Virus record (IMG/VR): IMGVR_UViG_3300025134_000002
Coordinates: 1 to 52,958 of that record
Reading direction: 5' to 3' (one strand)
DNA from: a virus
Taxonomy: Duplodnaviria; Caudoviricetes
Length of the DNA stretch: 52,958 nucleotides
Shown: piece by piece, positions 36,808 to 46,534 of the stretch
How positions within the stretch are numbered: position 1 is the first letter of the stretch
How the letters are laid out: every line of letters starts with the position of its first letter
Program-made: the position numbers and the translations under genes
Notes under the pieces: generated by a model
Databases searched by the model: none
What the model saw: only the letters and a program-made list of their open reading frames with translations
What the model was told of the DNA's origin: nothing

Positions 36808-37137
36808 ATGGCAACGAAGTATATCAGCGTGACCTTCCACCATAGCCACGGCGATCAAGCCACAGCGAGAATGATCGCTTCAGACCCAGTGCCCTGGAGG
36901 CCTGGCGAGACACGGCGTAAGACGGCAGAACAGGCCGATGAGATTCGGACTCACTTCGCCAGCCATCTCGACGGTCCTGAACCATGGTTTACCTTCAAGG
37001 CCGACGTTCAGTCGAACGCAAAGCCGAAGGCGGCAAAGCGACGTGTCCGGAAGGCGGCGCCAAAGCCCAAGCCGGCGCCCGCTGCAAAGGATGTCGTCGT
37101 ACCTCAGCCGGAGCCAAGTAAGGACGAAATCATCTAG
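36808..37137 (+). CDS. hypothetical protein, Lys/Pro/Ala-rich C-terminus
   Basis: AAGGGA RBS. Confidence 0.55.
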   Translation: MATKYISVTFHHSHGDQATARMIASDPVPWRPGETRRKTAEQADEIRTHFASHLDGPEPWFTFKADVQSNAKPKAAKRRVRKAAPKPKPAPAAKDVVVPQPEPSKDEII

Positions 37138-37225
37138 CGACGGACTACTCTAGCCGTCCCGCACAACCGCTCACCCATGCCCCAGGCGCTGCCGCGGGGC
37201 TTTTTCCATTTCTGGAGATACGAAC

Positions 37226-38521
37226 ATGGCCCCACAAGCTGCCTCCGGAGCCTTTAGTGTTAACGGCGTCGGGCTCGAAACCATCTTTAATACCTACGCT
37301 GCACCCACCTACTGGCTCTTCCCTGAAAGCGATACGACCGCCGTGATCTTCGATCAATTGGCGAAAGATGTTCAGAGCGGGAGCCTCAATGCGGCCAGAA
37401 TTTTCCGCGTCCTGAAGGGAAAGATCACCGGGACATGGACCTACCCGCTCTTCGCCACGCATGGCGCACCCATCCTCCTCTGCGCGATGGGGAATGAGGC
37501 GACCTACATCGCGGCAGGCGCCGCTGATACCGTGCTCGCTGCCACTCCGGTCACGACCACTGCCGGCATAAGCACCATCAAAGTGACCAACACGGCAGGC
37601 GTGACGAACTATCAGTCGGGGAACTGGATTACCATTAATACCTCGACGGCGTCCGAAGCGCGTCAGGTGCTTACCGGCACCAATGCAGCGGGCGGGACGA
37701 TCACGGTCGGCGCGCTCAAAGGGAATGCCACAGCCGCAGCCGGAACCGCCGTCCAGCTCATGGGACAACACAAACTGATCCAGAATCCTACGTCCCTCAC
37801 CGTCAGATCATTCAGCCTTGAAGGGCAGTATGCCCTCCAATGGGCTTGGCAACTGGCCGGGTGTCTGGTGTCGAAGTGGAACTGCAAGGTCACCAACCAG
37901 CAGTTCCAGGTCACGACCACGTGGTCCGGCTCCAAGATCAACGGAACCATCACCGGCGCAACCGGCCTCACCGCCGTCAACCCCTCGACTGAAGAGAATT
38001 CGGACCTCATCCGTCCATTCGCGATCCCTGATTCCATGTTTGTGGGATATCAGGATCCGCTGCAAGCAGGCGGTGTCACCGGTACCTCAGTACAGGAGTC
38101 GATGGGCACGTACCTGACGGACTTTGAACTGGATATGTCGAATGCGCTCATCGAGGTCCCCTTCCATGATGGCTCACAGTACTACCGTGTCTTCCCCGGT
38201 GTCAAGGGACCGTCAACGATCAAGTACACCTACGTCATGGCCTCGGGACGCTTCTCAGAATTCCAGGATTACGTTGCCAACACCGCGAATACGACGATAC
38301 CCTTCTTCGCGGGCGCGGCTTACAACACCGCGAATACGGGCGCGATGAACTGGAGGGGCGTGGGATTCTACGTCCCGAATTTGTTCCTGACCGTTGGGAC
38401 GCCGCAGAAGGTAACCAACCAACTGCACACCTGCCTGGTCGAGGGCAAGCTAACCCCGCCATCAGGTTCCGGGGATTCCATCCAGACCTTCGTCATGAAT
38501 GAAAAGTCAGTAGTTTACTAG
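37226..38521 (+). CDS. major tail tube protein
   Basis: VGLETIFNT N-terminus, SFSLE..LAGCLVSKW..DFELDMSNAL; upstream of chaperones and tape measure. Confidence 0.75.
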   Translation: MAPQAASGAFSVNGVGLETIFNTYAAPTYWLFPESDTTAVIFDQLAKDVQSGSLNAARIFRVLKGKITGTWTYPLFATHGAPILLCAMGNEATYIAAGAADTVLAATPVTTTAGISTIKVTNTAGVTNYQSGNWITINTSTASEARQVLTGTNAAGGTITVGALKGNATAAAGTAVQLMGQHKLIQNPTSLTVRSFSLEGQYALQWAWQLAGCLVSKWNCKVTNQQFQVTTTWSGSKINGTITGATGLTAVNPSTEENSDLIRPFAIPDSMFVGYQDPLQAGGVTGTSVQESMGTYLTDFELDMSNALIEVPFHDGSQYYRVFPGVKGPSTIKYTYVMASGRFSEFQDYVANTANTTIPFFAGAAYNTANTGAMNWRGVGFYVPNLFLTVGTPQKVTNQLHTCLVEGKLTPPSGSGDSIQTFVMNEKSVVY

Positions 38522-38698
38522 GGTATGCGACATGCGTGTCATACTAGTGGCTGAAGAGTTTGGGTTGTGGCCCCACGCGGTCATGTGGGCACAGTCCATA
38601 CCTTGACCACGCAGCGTGACATGAGCCACAGAGGAGCGCATAACGGCCGGTTGCCGCGCCCTCGCGGATCATCCACTGGTACCACTCAAGGAGCCGTA

Positions 38699-38914
38699 AT
38701 GGAATATCCTTGCCCGAATTGTGGGTACTGCCCGACGTGTATGCGCTCGAATGTAGCGCCCTACCGATACGTGCCGACGCTGCACCCGTGGTACCCCCTT
38801 CCGTACTGGTGGACTACCCCGCCTATCCATGGGAGCGGGTCCGCCGTTCCCGCCGTCACGATTCCAGTCTCTACGACTGTGACCTACCGAGCGAACGAAC
38901 CGACTGACGCGTAG
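38699..38914 (+). CDS. small Cys/Pro-rich protein
   Basis: AAGGAG RBS; CPNCGYCPTC. Confidence 0.55.
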   Translation: MEYPCPNCGYCPTCMRSNVAPYRYVPTLHPWYPLPYWWTTPPIHGSGSAVPAVTIPVSTTVTYRANEPTDA

Positions 38915-38971
38915 TTATGAACCCCTGCCGACCTGGCAGGGGCTCGTGCATTTCAAAGAGGAGAGAACCTC

Positions 38972-39580
38972 GTGACTGACCCGATAGACACCTGGATACG
39001 CGATCCAGACAACGTTGCCACCGTCGCGATTCGCGATGAGGGCAACCCTATCTTCGTCGACGTGAACGGCACCGAGACGCGCATCATGGGACCACACAAG
39101 GCGTGGCCGGAAGACCACTTCGTCCATGTGAAGCGCTACGCCACCGAGGGCGACCGCCGCGCGGCCTCGGAGATCACCTGGAAGTCGGAGCGCTTGCAGA
39201 CAACCGCCGGCGGCAACGCTGAACAGGTGAACTTGTTCATGATCTCGCTTGCGACGCTTGCCTCGTGTGCGTCGTCCATCGTCCGCTTCGAGGGCCGCGG
39301 CTTCACCGACCCCAAAACCGGTCGACCGTTGGAGCTTCCGCCCGAGGACCACAGCAGTGAAGCGGCGCTCAAAACGTCCATGCAAGCACGCATCGCCAAA
39401 CTGGAACTTGTGCCAACGGACATTACGCAGTTCGTCGGGGCCTGGGTAGACCGAAACAGCAGCCCTTTCGCGCTGACAGCGAACGCGAACGGCTCAAAGA
39501 GCGTATCCGACTACCACACCATCGAGACCGCGAAGGCCGTCCGGACTTCCAAAACCGACGCGACCTCCAGGACGAGTTAG
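38972..39580 (+). CDS. tail assembly chaperone (G-like)
   Basis: GAGGAG RBS; position; contains C CCT TTC slippery heptamer. Confidence 0.65.
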   Translation: MTDPIDTWIRDPDNVATVAIRDEGNPIFVDVNGTETRIMGPHKAWPEDHFVHVKRYATEGDRRAASEITWKSERLQTTAGGNAEQVNLFMISLATLASCASSIVRFEGRGFTDPKTGRPLELPPEDHSSEAALKTSMQARIAKLELVPTDITQFVGAWVDRNSSPFALTANANGSKSVSDYHTIETAKAVRTSKTDATSRTS

Positions 39581-39870
39581 CGCGGCTTGGTGGCCCTGTC
39601 CATATCGTCAACGACCACGCAGTGTGCGAGTGGTTGGGCCTCCCGACGTGGGACCTCGACCGCAATCGGCCGGTCGCACCCTACCTGCCAGAGACGCTCG
39701 TGTCTGAGGTAGTCTGTGCCCTTGAAGTGCAGGACGAACTGATGACCGCGGCAACGGGTGATGCGGGCGCTACGGACATTCGAGGCCGTACCGGTCCGAT
39801 CAAGCCGATGACCATGCTGGAGCACATCCAGGAACTGCAACGGCAGCAGGCAGCGCAGCAGGAGACCTAG
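39463..39870 (+). CDS. tail assembly chaperone frameshift extension (T-like, -1 frame)
   Basis: -1 frame open from CCCTTTC 39463-39469 to TAG 39870. Confidence 0.6.
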   Translation, partial: PFRADSERERLKERIRLPHHRDREGRPDFQNRRDLQDELARLGGPVHIVNDHAVCEWLGLPTWDLDRNRPVAPYLPETLVSEVVCALEVQDELMTAATGDAGATDIRGRTGPIKPMTMLEHIQELQRQQAAQQET

Positions 39871-40043
39871 GACTGATTGCGGTTCGATGAAATGAACAGC
39901 ACCGCGACCAGTGCGAAGACGCCGAAAATGAAGCCGCCGACCGTCCAGGCCACCATGTCCCGGCCCTTGATGTGCGCGACCATCCCAGTGAGCGCCGCGC
40001 AGATCACCGCGAAGGCGATCAGCACGCTCCAGTCAATCGTCAT
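39867..40043 (-). CDS. 58-aa two-TM membrane protein (moron-like)
   Basis: MTIDWSVLIAFAVICAALTGMVAHIKGRDMVAWTVGGFIFGVFALVAVLFISSNRNQS; AGGAGG RBS; translated by hand. Confidence 0.75.
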   Translation of the reverse strand: MTIDWSVLIAFAVICAALTGMVAHIKGRDMVAWTVGGFIFGVFALVAVLFISSNRNQS

Positions 40044-40113
40044 CCCTTGCCTCCTGCTTCCTCCTAAGCAGACCCTACACCGTTTCCGCGCGCTTGTCTA
40101 GCCTGGAGTCTCC

Positions 40114-43100
40114 ATGAACATCATCGGCACTGTCGCACAGATTACGTTTGCTGCTACCGGTGCCGACGCCGTCGTGGGTGACTTCGCCAAGGTCGCTGGG
40201 GCTGCCAGTGCCGGCGCGGCTTCAGTCGAGGCGAGTACGGCCAAGATGAACGCCGGCGTGGCGTCGTTTGCGAAGCTGGGTGCGGCCGTTGCAGCGGTGG
40301 GCATTGGTATCGGGCTTGTGTCGATCGACATAGCCAGCAAGTGGGAAACCACGATGCAGACGGTCCAGGGGAATACCCACGTCACCACGGCTGAACTGGA
40401 CTTCATGAGTCAGCAGGTGATGCGGCTGGGCCGCGAATACCCCAAGAGCTTAAGCGACATCGCCTCAGCCTACGAACACGCTGCCAACCTCGGCTACCAC
40501 TACCAGGACGCGAACGCGCTCGTGCTAGCCGGGATGAAGGACGCGGTGGCCACGGGCGCCAAGGTGGGCGATACCGTCAATACCCTCGGCACCATCATGA
40601 AGAATCTGCATGATCCAGTGAGCATGGCTGGGAGAGATATCGCGATTCTGTCGCAGGCCGCCGCGGAAGGCAATATCCGTCTCCCTGAGATGGTAAACAA
40701 CTTCAACAAGGTGGGCGAGGTTGGGGGATCCATGCATCAAAGCCTGACCGAGGTGGCCGCCGGCTATTCGGTCCTGACCAAGGCAACGGGTGATGCGGGC
40801 GTCGCGCAGACTCAGTGGGTCAACATCCTGATGCATATCCTTGACCCGACCGCCAAGGCGAAGACGCTGATAGCCGAACTTTCTCAGACGACCGGCGTCG
40901 ATCTGGTGAAAGCGCAGCAGGAAGCAGCATCCGGGCAAATGTCCCTCTCGCACTATATGGACCTGACGCGCGAGGCGACCCATGGCAATGCCGCCGAACT
41001 CTTCACACTCTTTGGTGGGCTACGCGGCGGTGCCGGTGCAGTCGCTCTCCTGGGTGCCCACTGGGCAGACTATGGCAAAACCCTGGCGGATTTGAACTCG
41101 AAGCAGATCCAGACGGGCTCCATCATGGACGACCTGTCCAAGAAAATGGGTTCTCAGCTCACCTCTCAGGTCAAGGTGCTTGGAAACGACGTGCAAGAGG
41201 CCGCGATCGCCTTCGGCACGATCTTTGTCCCGGCAGTACAGCAGGTCATCGAACCGCTTGCCAAGGCGGCGGGCGGAGCGACCGATTTCGCCAGAGCCCA
41301 CAAGACGCTGGTCGGCGACATCGGTAGCGGCGCCGCCGTTCTTCTTGGCCTCGGCGTCGGTATCTGGGCCATCGAGAAAGCGCTCAAAGCGGTAGAAGCC
41401 GCGACTGTCGCAGTCCGAGCGATCATGGGCGCCGGCTGGATTCTCGACGTAGCGCGCGGCATGCTGGGCCTCGAAGCAGCCACAGCGGCAACAGCAGTGG
41501 GCGAAGTCGCGGTCGGCACGCAAGCAGCGGCAGCATCCGTCGAAGTCGCCGGTCTTGGGACCATGGTGGAGCGAACCAGCGGACTGCTCGTGCCGTATCA
41601 GGCGAATCTATCAGCGGCAGCAGTCGAAGAGACGGCGGTCGGCGCCGCAGCAGATACTGCGGCGATCAGTGTTGGCGCTCTCGCCGTCGGTCTTGGTCTC
41701 GTCACCGCCGCTATCGGTGGTGTGGTTATTGGCTGGAAGCAGCACGAGGCTGCTATGAGCTCGAACAAGATGCAGATCGGAGAACTGGATGCAGCGATTG
41801 CGCGCGGTGACACGGGACTTACGGGCTACCGCGATGCGATCGTTGCGCTTGGTCCTGCGTCCGCCGGAATGGCGTCTGGCCTGCAGAAGGTGATTGAGAA
41901 AGCAGATGACCATCGAGAGGCGATGAAGAAGCAGGCCGATCAGGCCGTCGCAACCACGATGCGGTTTGGCGATCTGAGCATCGGCTTGAAATCTACTGGC
42001 GACGCCGCGCAGACCATGGCGAAGTCAATCGACCCGTCAAGCGTCGCCGCGCTGGACAAACTCGCCAAAGCCGCGACTGATAGCCGTGACAAACTAGCGG
42101 CAGCGCTCTATTCGGGCGATACCGCTGCGCTACCTGCACTGACCAAGGCTGCTATCAAGGATGCAGAAGCCGCTCAGAAATGGGCTGATGCGCGGACGGC
42201 GGCAGACAAGTTGGTCGCCGGTTCATCGACCAACTCCACGGCTGAAATCCTCTCGAACCTCAAGCGGCTTGAGTCGGAGGGCTGGGCGCGGCAGGTGGAC
42301 AATGTGACGGCGATGTCCACGGCCGTTATCGACCGGGTCAAGACGATGCGCGACTCCGTTGTTGCCTCGCTGCATGATGTTACAGAGGCGCTTGATGTCA
42401 TGTCTGCTGCTATGGCTGTTCCGGCCTCATTACCGGCGCTTACGATGCCCGGCGGCTCCGCTATGGGCGCTGCGCCGCACGGCGTGAACGTTGCGGGCAG
42501 TCAAGCGTCCAGCGGTCCTGGAATGGCATCGGCGCTCTTCCCACCGGAAGCTATCGCCGCCATGGCTGCGTTTAAGGATGCTGTTGCCGCGCTCCCCCCG
42601 AATCTGCAAGGCGCCATGTCCACATTCACTGACGAGTTCGTCGCCAAGGTAACGGCGCTCCATAACACCGAGGTCGAAAAGCTGGCCGCTGAGAATGCCC
42701 GTGACCAGGCCAAGCGTGTTGAGATCAATTCAAAACTAGCGTCTGACCTCACGAAACTGTATGAGGCGGCAAACGCCAAGCGGCAGGCGGCGGATAGCGC
42801 ATATTACTCGAAGATCCAGTCAATCAATGACGCTCATAATGCCCGTCTTGAGCAGATACTGACGACCTTCACGGCCAACTTCCAATTAGCGCTCACCACC
42901 TATTCCGGAGCCGTCGCTGCGCTTCAGACGAAGGCGCAGCAGGATATGACGGACCACAACGACAAAATGGCAGCCATCCTGGCGAAGGCGAATGCCGAGC
43001 TTGCCGCCGTCCACGGCAAGAATCAGCAGCAGCAGCGCGCGAATATCGAGGCATGGGCGGCCAACGCCGATGCGGCGGAGACCAAGAGATATGCGGGGAC

Positions 43101-46100
43101 TGAGGCGAACATCAACCACCAGCTGTCGGGTTTGGGCGTGGTGCTTACCAATCACGTGACCGGCTATCAGAATACCGTGAAGACGCAGACGGCTGCTGCT
43201 GACGCTACTTGGCATAAAGGACTTCAAGGCGCGGCAGATGTACTCCTCAAGGCAAATACGGCCACGCAGACCACGCTGACGACGCATGTGCAAGCGACTC
43301 GGGATGCGGCACAGGTCGCGCTTGATAAAGAGACGGCCATGCACGAAAAGAATGTGGCCGCCATCCAGAAGGTCTTCGGCGACGCCGTTGCGAAACTGAC
43401 GACGGGCATGGCCGCAATGACGACGGGCGCCGGCCTCTTCGATGCCGTCAAGAAAGCGGCGGATGATCTCGCCAATACGAGTCTCAAAGCGTTTGCGATG
43501 GCGCTGCTCGAAAATACGCAGTCCTTGGCGAATTTCGGGAACGGCGTGACGGAGACCGGTTCCGCCCAGCGCCATGAATGGGCAGCGAGCCGGCAGTCAC
43601 TGGCCGATCTTCGAGACAAATCCATCCAAGCAGCCTGGGCATCAAAAGAGGTTGCCGATGCCATGACGCGCGCGACGCTCATCGTGGCGAAGGCGTCAGG
43701 CGACTGGTCGGTGGTCCTAGCTGCCGGCGCCAAGGCGGCTACAGACGGCATGAAGAACGCGCTTGACGGGCTCACGCTCGCGTTCATGGGCGGGAAGCAG
43801 AACGTCGAGGTACTGATCGCGTCATATCAGAAGTACCAGGCGCAACAAGATCGGCAGACTGCCGCGACGATCCAAGCCGAGCTCGCGCTGGGTCAATTCT
43901 CCGCCGCGCTGTCGGCGATCACGAGCAAGGTCAACGCGGATGTGACGAATGCTCTTGATGCCCTGGTCCTCCGGATACTCCACAAAACCTCTCCAGACCT
44001 TACCGGAATGCGACCGGCTGATACGTCCGCTTCGACCGCCGACCTCGTAGCTTCCTATGCAGCCGCCAAGAAAGCGCAGGATGATCTCACGCAAGCTCAG
44101 ATCATGGCCGATCTTGCAACCGGTCAATTCTCCGCCGCGCTCAGCCTGATCACTTCCCAACTCACGTCCGACGTTAGCAATGCCTTTGACTCCATCGTCA
44201 TATCCATCCAGAAAGGCATCCCGGTCACGCAGGATCAGATTGCTGCTTACAACAAGGCAAAGGCGGCAATCGATCAGAACACCGCCGATACGATTAAAGC
44301 TGATCTTGCAACCGGTCAGTTTTCAGCGGCGCTCTCTGCTATTAGCGGCCAGATCACCGGAAACGTCAACAACGCGTTTGACTCCATCGTGGTGTCGATT
44401 CAGAAGGGCATCCCCGTTACGCAAGCACAGATTGCGAGTTATGCCGCCGCGAAGGTGGCGCAAGATCAGTTGACGGCTTCGACGATTCAGGCCAATCTCA
44501 AAATAGGGAATTATGCCGCGGCTCAGTCGGCTACGGCGTCTATCCTCTCGAATAACGTCAACAATGCGCTGGCCAAGTACGCCTATGACCTCCAGAACCA
44601 TACCGGCGACCTGAACGCCGATCGACAAGCCATTATCAATGCGAGCGCAGCCCAGAAGCAGAATACCGACGCATTGAAACAGGGAAGCGATCTCCTGCTC
44701 ACCGCGGGCCAGCAATTTAGTCAAGGCCTTTCTGCTGCTACCGCTCAGCAGAAGGAATCGACCGGCGCCCTCTCGCTCTACTTCTATGACCTGGCAAACA
44801 ACATCGCCTATACCGGGCCTCCGCTCTCTACGCTGGTCGATAACGTCAATTCAGCGAACGCTGCTACCGCTCAATATACGCAGGCGCAAATTCAGGCGGC
44901 GTATGCAGCCGGGAACGTCTTTGATGCGCAGCAGATGCAGGCCAAGGCCACCTATGACGCGGCGCTAGCGGCCTATGAGAACGCGAAGGCTGCCGGCGTC
45001 TCCGGAGCGGCCCTTGACACGCTCTTCCAGGCTGCGGTCACTGCAGGAACAGCGCTCGCCGCATTCTCCGATGCGACCAAAGAAGTCACGGACGCGATTA
45101 ACAAAAATATCGCGGCCTTGGACCCGGCGACCAAGGCTCTGGGCGGCGTCGCTGCCTGTGGCAAGGGCGCTGCGACCAGTCTGTGCGCTTCATCGAACGC
45201 GAGCGCTGCCGGTGGCTACGGCGTTAGCCTGAGCGTTGGAGCGGGATCGGGAAACCCGCAGGTACCGGGAATGCCGAGCATCAGCGTGCCCAGCACGACC
45301 AGCGGTGTCCCCGGCGGGTACAAGCCGACCACAGATCCCTCTACCTCTGCGCCAGTGAATCAGATCAATCCCTACTGGGTTGGCAATTACAGCATGCCCG
45401 GCTACACCGTCATCACTGGGGGCGGCGGCGTGCAGGACTACGCTCCTGGCCAGCAGCTTCCAGCGGCGTACAAGAGTTTTCAGGGAGCTGATCAGGTTCC
45501 GGCGAACATGTGGCAGACGACGCCGATGACCTGGAGTGGGACCAGTATGACGCCGACGCCGCCATCCGGCTACGGCATCATGAACCAGTACGGCGGCTTC
45601 TACACATCTCCGAACATGTTCCCGCTCGGCGACATCTACAACGCGTCGCGTGCTGCGACGGTCGGTATCAACGTTGGGCCTCCAGGGCAGCCATACCTCG
45701 ACCAGTTCGGAAATCCGATCGGTCCAGCACCTGCCGGTTATATGCCGCCTAATGTTCCTTATGGCGGCTCAGGTCAAGCAGGCGCGGGCGGCCCATTCCC
45801 GTATCCCGGCTACAGCACGGCTGGCGGCGGGCAGTACGGGACTGCCACTCCCTCTATGAACGCTGGCAGCCTGGGTGGTGGCCTGGGTGGGACCTTGCCG
45901 AGCACCGGACCGCCCTCGAGTACTGGTGGCGTCATCGGGACCAGCTCCACCGACCCAGCACTCGCGATCCTGCAGCAGCTCCTCGCGGTTGCGCAAAAGC
46001 AGCTGCTCGCCGATGAAACGGCTCTGAAGGATCAGCAATATGCGACCACGCTCCTGGCGCTCATGGCGACCATCAGCAAGATGGCCCGATCCGGACGCGG

Positions 46101-46170
46101 TCAGACGGTGGGCGGATTCTTGCCCTGGCTCAACGCGGGTGGGGACCTCGCGGCCTTGCAAAATCCGTGA
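40114..46170 (+). CDS. tape measure protein (TP901-like core)
   Basis: 2018 aa, Ala-rich helical, TM-like segments, follows chaperones. Confidence 0.93.
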   Translation: MNIIGTVAQITFAATGADAVVGDFAKVAGAASAGAASVEASTAKMNAGVASFAKLGAAVAAVGIGIGLVSIDIASKWETTMQTVQGNTHVTTAELDFMSQQVMRLGREYPKSLSDIASAYEHAANLGYHYQDANALVLAGMKDAVATGAKVGDTVNTLGTIMKNLHDPVSMAGRDIAILSQAAAEGNIRLPEMVNNFNKVGEVGGSMHQSLTEVAAGYSVLTKATGDAGVAQTQWVNILMHILDPTAKAKTLIAELSQTTGVDLVKAQQEAASGQMSLSHYMDLTREATHGNAAELFTLFGGLRGGAGAVALLGAHWADYGKTLADLNSKQIQTGSIMDDLSKKMGSQLTSQVKVLGNDVQEAAIAFGTIFVPAVQQVIEPLAKAAGGATDFARAHKTLVGDIGSGAAVLLGLGVGIWAIEKALKAVEAATVAVRAIMGAGWILDVARGMLGLEAATAATAVGEVAVGTQAAAASVEVAGLGTMVERTSGLLVPYQANLSAAAVEETAVGAAADTAAISVGALAVGLGLVTAAIGGVVIGWKQHEAAMSSNKMQIGELDAAIARGDTGLTGYRDAIVALGPASAGMASGLQKVIEKADDHREAMKKQADQAVATTMRFGDLSIGLKSTGDAAQTMAKSIDPSSVAALDKLAKAATDSRDKLAAALYSGDTAALPALTKAAIKDAEAAQKWADARTAADKLVAGSSTNSTAEILSNLKRLESEGWARQVDNVTAMSTAVIDRVKTMRDSVVASLHDVTEALDVMSAAMAVPASLPALTMPGGSAMGAAPHGVNVAGSQASSGPGMASALFPPEAIAAMAAFKDAVAALPPNLQGAMSTFTDEFVAKVTALHNTEVEKLAAENARDQAKRVEINSKLASDLTKLYEAANAKRQAADSAYYSKIQSINDAHNARLEQILTTFTANFQLALTTYSGAVAALQTKAQQDMTDHNDKMAAILAKANAELAAVHGKNQQQQRANIEAWAANADAAETKRYAGTEANINHQLSGLGVVLTNHVTGYQNTVKTQTAAADATWHKGLQGAADVLLKANTATQTTLTTHVQATRDAAQVALDKETAMHEKNVAAIQKVFGDAVAKLTTGMAAMTTGAGLFDAVKKAADDLANTSLKAFAMALLENTQSLANFGNGVTETGSAQRHEWAASRQSLADLRDKSIQAAWASKEVADAMTRATLIVAKASGDWSVVLAAGAKAATDGMKNALDGLTLAFMGGKQNVEVLIASYQKYQAQQDRQTAATIQAELALGQFSAALSAITSKVNADVTNALDALVLRILHKTSPDLTGMRPADTSASTADLVASYAAAKKAQDDLTQAQIMADLATGQFSAALSLITSQLTSDVSNAFDSIVISIQKGIPVTQDQIAAYNKAKAAIDQNTADTIKADLATGQFSAALSAISGQITGNVNNAFDSIVVSIQKGIPVTQAQIASYAAAKVAQDQLTASTIQANLKIGNYAAAQSATASILSNNVNNALAKYAYDLQNHTGDLNADRQAIINASAAQKQNTDALKQGSDLLLTAGQQFSQGLSAATAQQKESTGALSLYFYDLANNIAYTGPPLSTLVDNVNSANAATAQYTQAQIQAAYAAGNVFDAQQMQAKATYDAALAAYENAKAAGVSGAALDTLFQAAVTAGTALAAFSDATKEVTDAINKNIAALDPATKALGGVAACGKGAATSLCASSNASAAGGYGVSLSVGAGSGNPQVPGMPSISVPSTTSGVPGGYKPTTDPSTSAPVNQINPYWVGNYSMPGYTVITGGGGVQDYAPGQQLPAAYKSFQGADQVPANMWQTTPMTWSGTSMTPTPPSGYGIMNQYGGFYTSPNMFPLGDIYNASRAATVGINVGPPGQPYLDQFGNPIGPAPAGYMPPNVPYGGSGQAGAGGPFPYPGYSTAGGGQYGTATPSMNAGSLGGGLGGTLPSTGPPSSTGGVIGTSSTDPALAILQQLLAVAQKQLLADETALKDQQYATTLLALMATISKMARSGRGQTVGGFLPWLNAGGDLAALQNP

Positions 46171-46191
46171 TGTCCAGAGGGATAGTTCACT

Positions 46192-46470
46192 ATGGCATGG
46201 AAGATTCACGTCAAGCGCAAGCCGCCTGAGCCGACAACCGTTGAACTCCTGCAGGAACAGGTCAGATTCCTTCGAGAATTTAACGCCGCTCTCCGGAAGC
46301 GGATCGCTGATGAGCGGGCCAGGAGCGCTTATGCGGAAGAGGAACTTCTTCCACTGCTCCGTACCCTTGTGGACCTGAGCGACAGAAGACGTGACCGCGC
46401 CGCAGCGCAAAGCTCCTCGTTTTCCGCTTGGCTAAACGAGGGCAGCGTGGAAGGTCTGACGCAGTCCTAG
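46192..46470 (+). CDS. hypothetical protein
   Basis: GAGGG RBS; coiled-coil-like. Confidence 0.5.
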   Translation: MAWKIHVKRKPPEPTTVELLQEQVRFLREFNAALRKRIADERARSAYAEEELLPLLRTLVDLSDRRRDRAAAQSSSFSAWLNEGSVEGLTQS

Positions 46471-46534
46471 TCGAGCGGTCCCATGCACAGTTCGGCCATG
46501 CGCCGCCATATAGTCCCCTGCGCGGAGGGCCGCC

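Noticed and set aside
39548-39556. TCCAAAACC as the frameshift site
   Set aside because: Not X XXY YYZ in the reading frame; CCCTTTC at 39463 fits.
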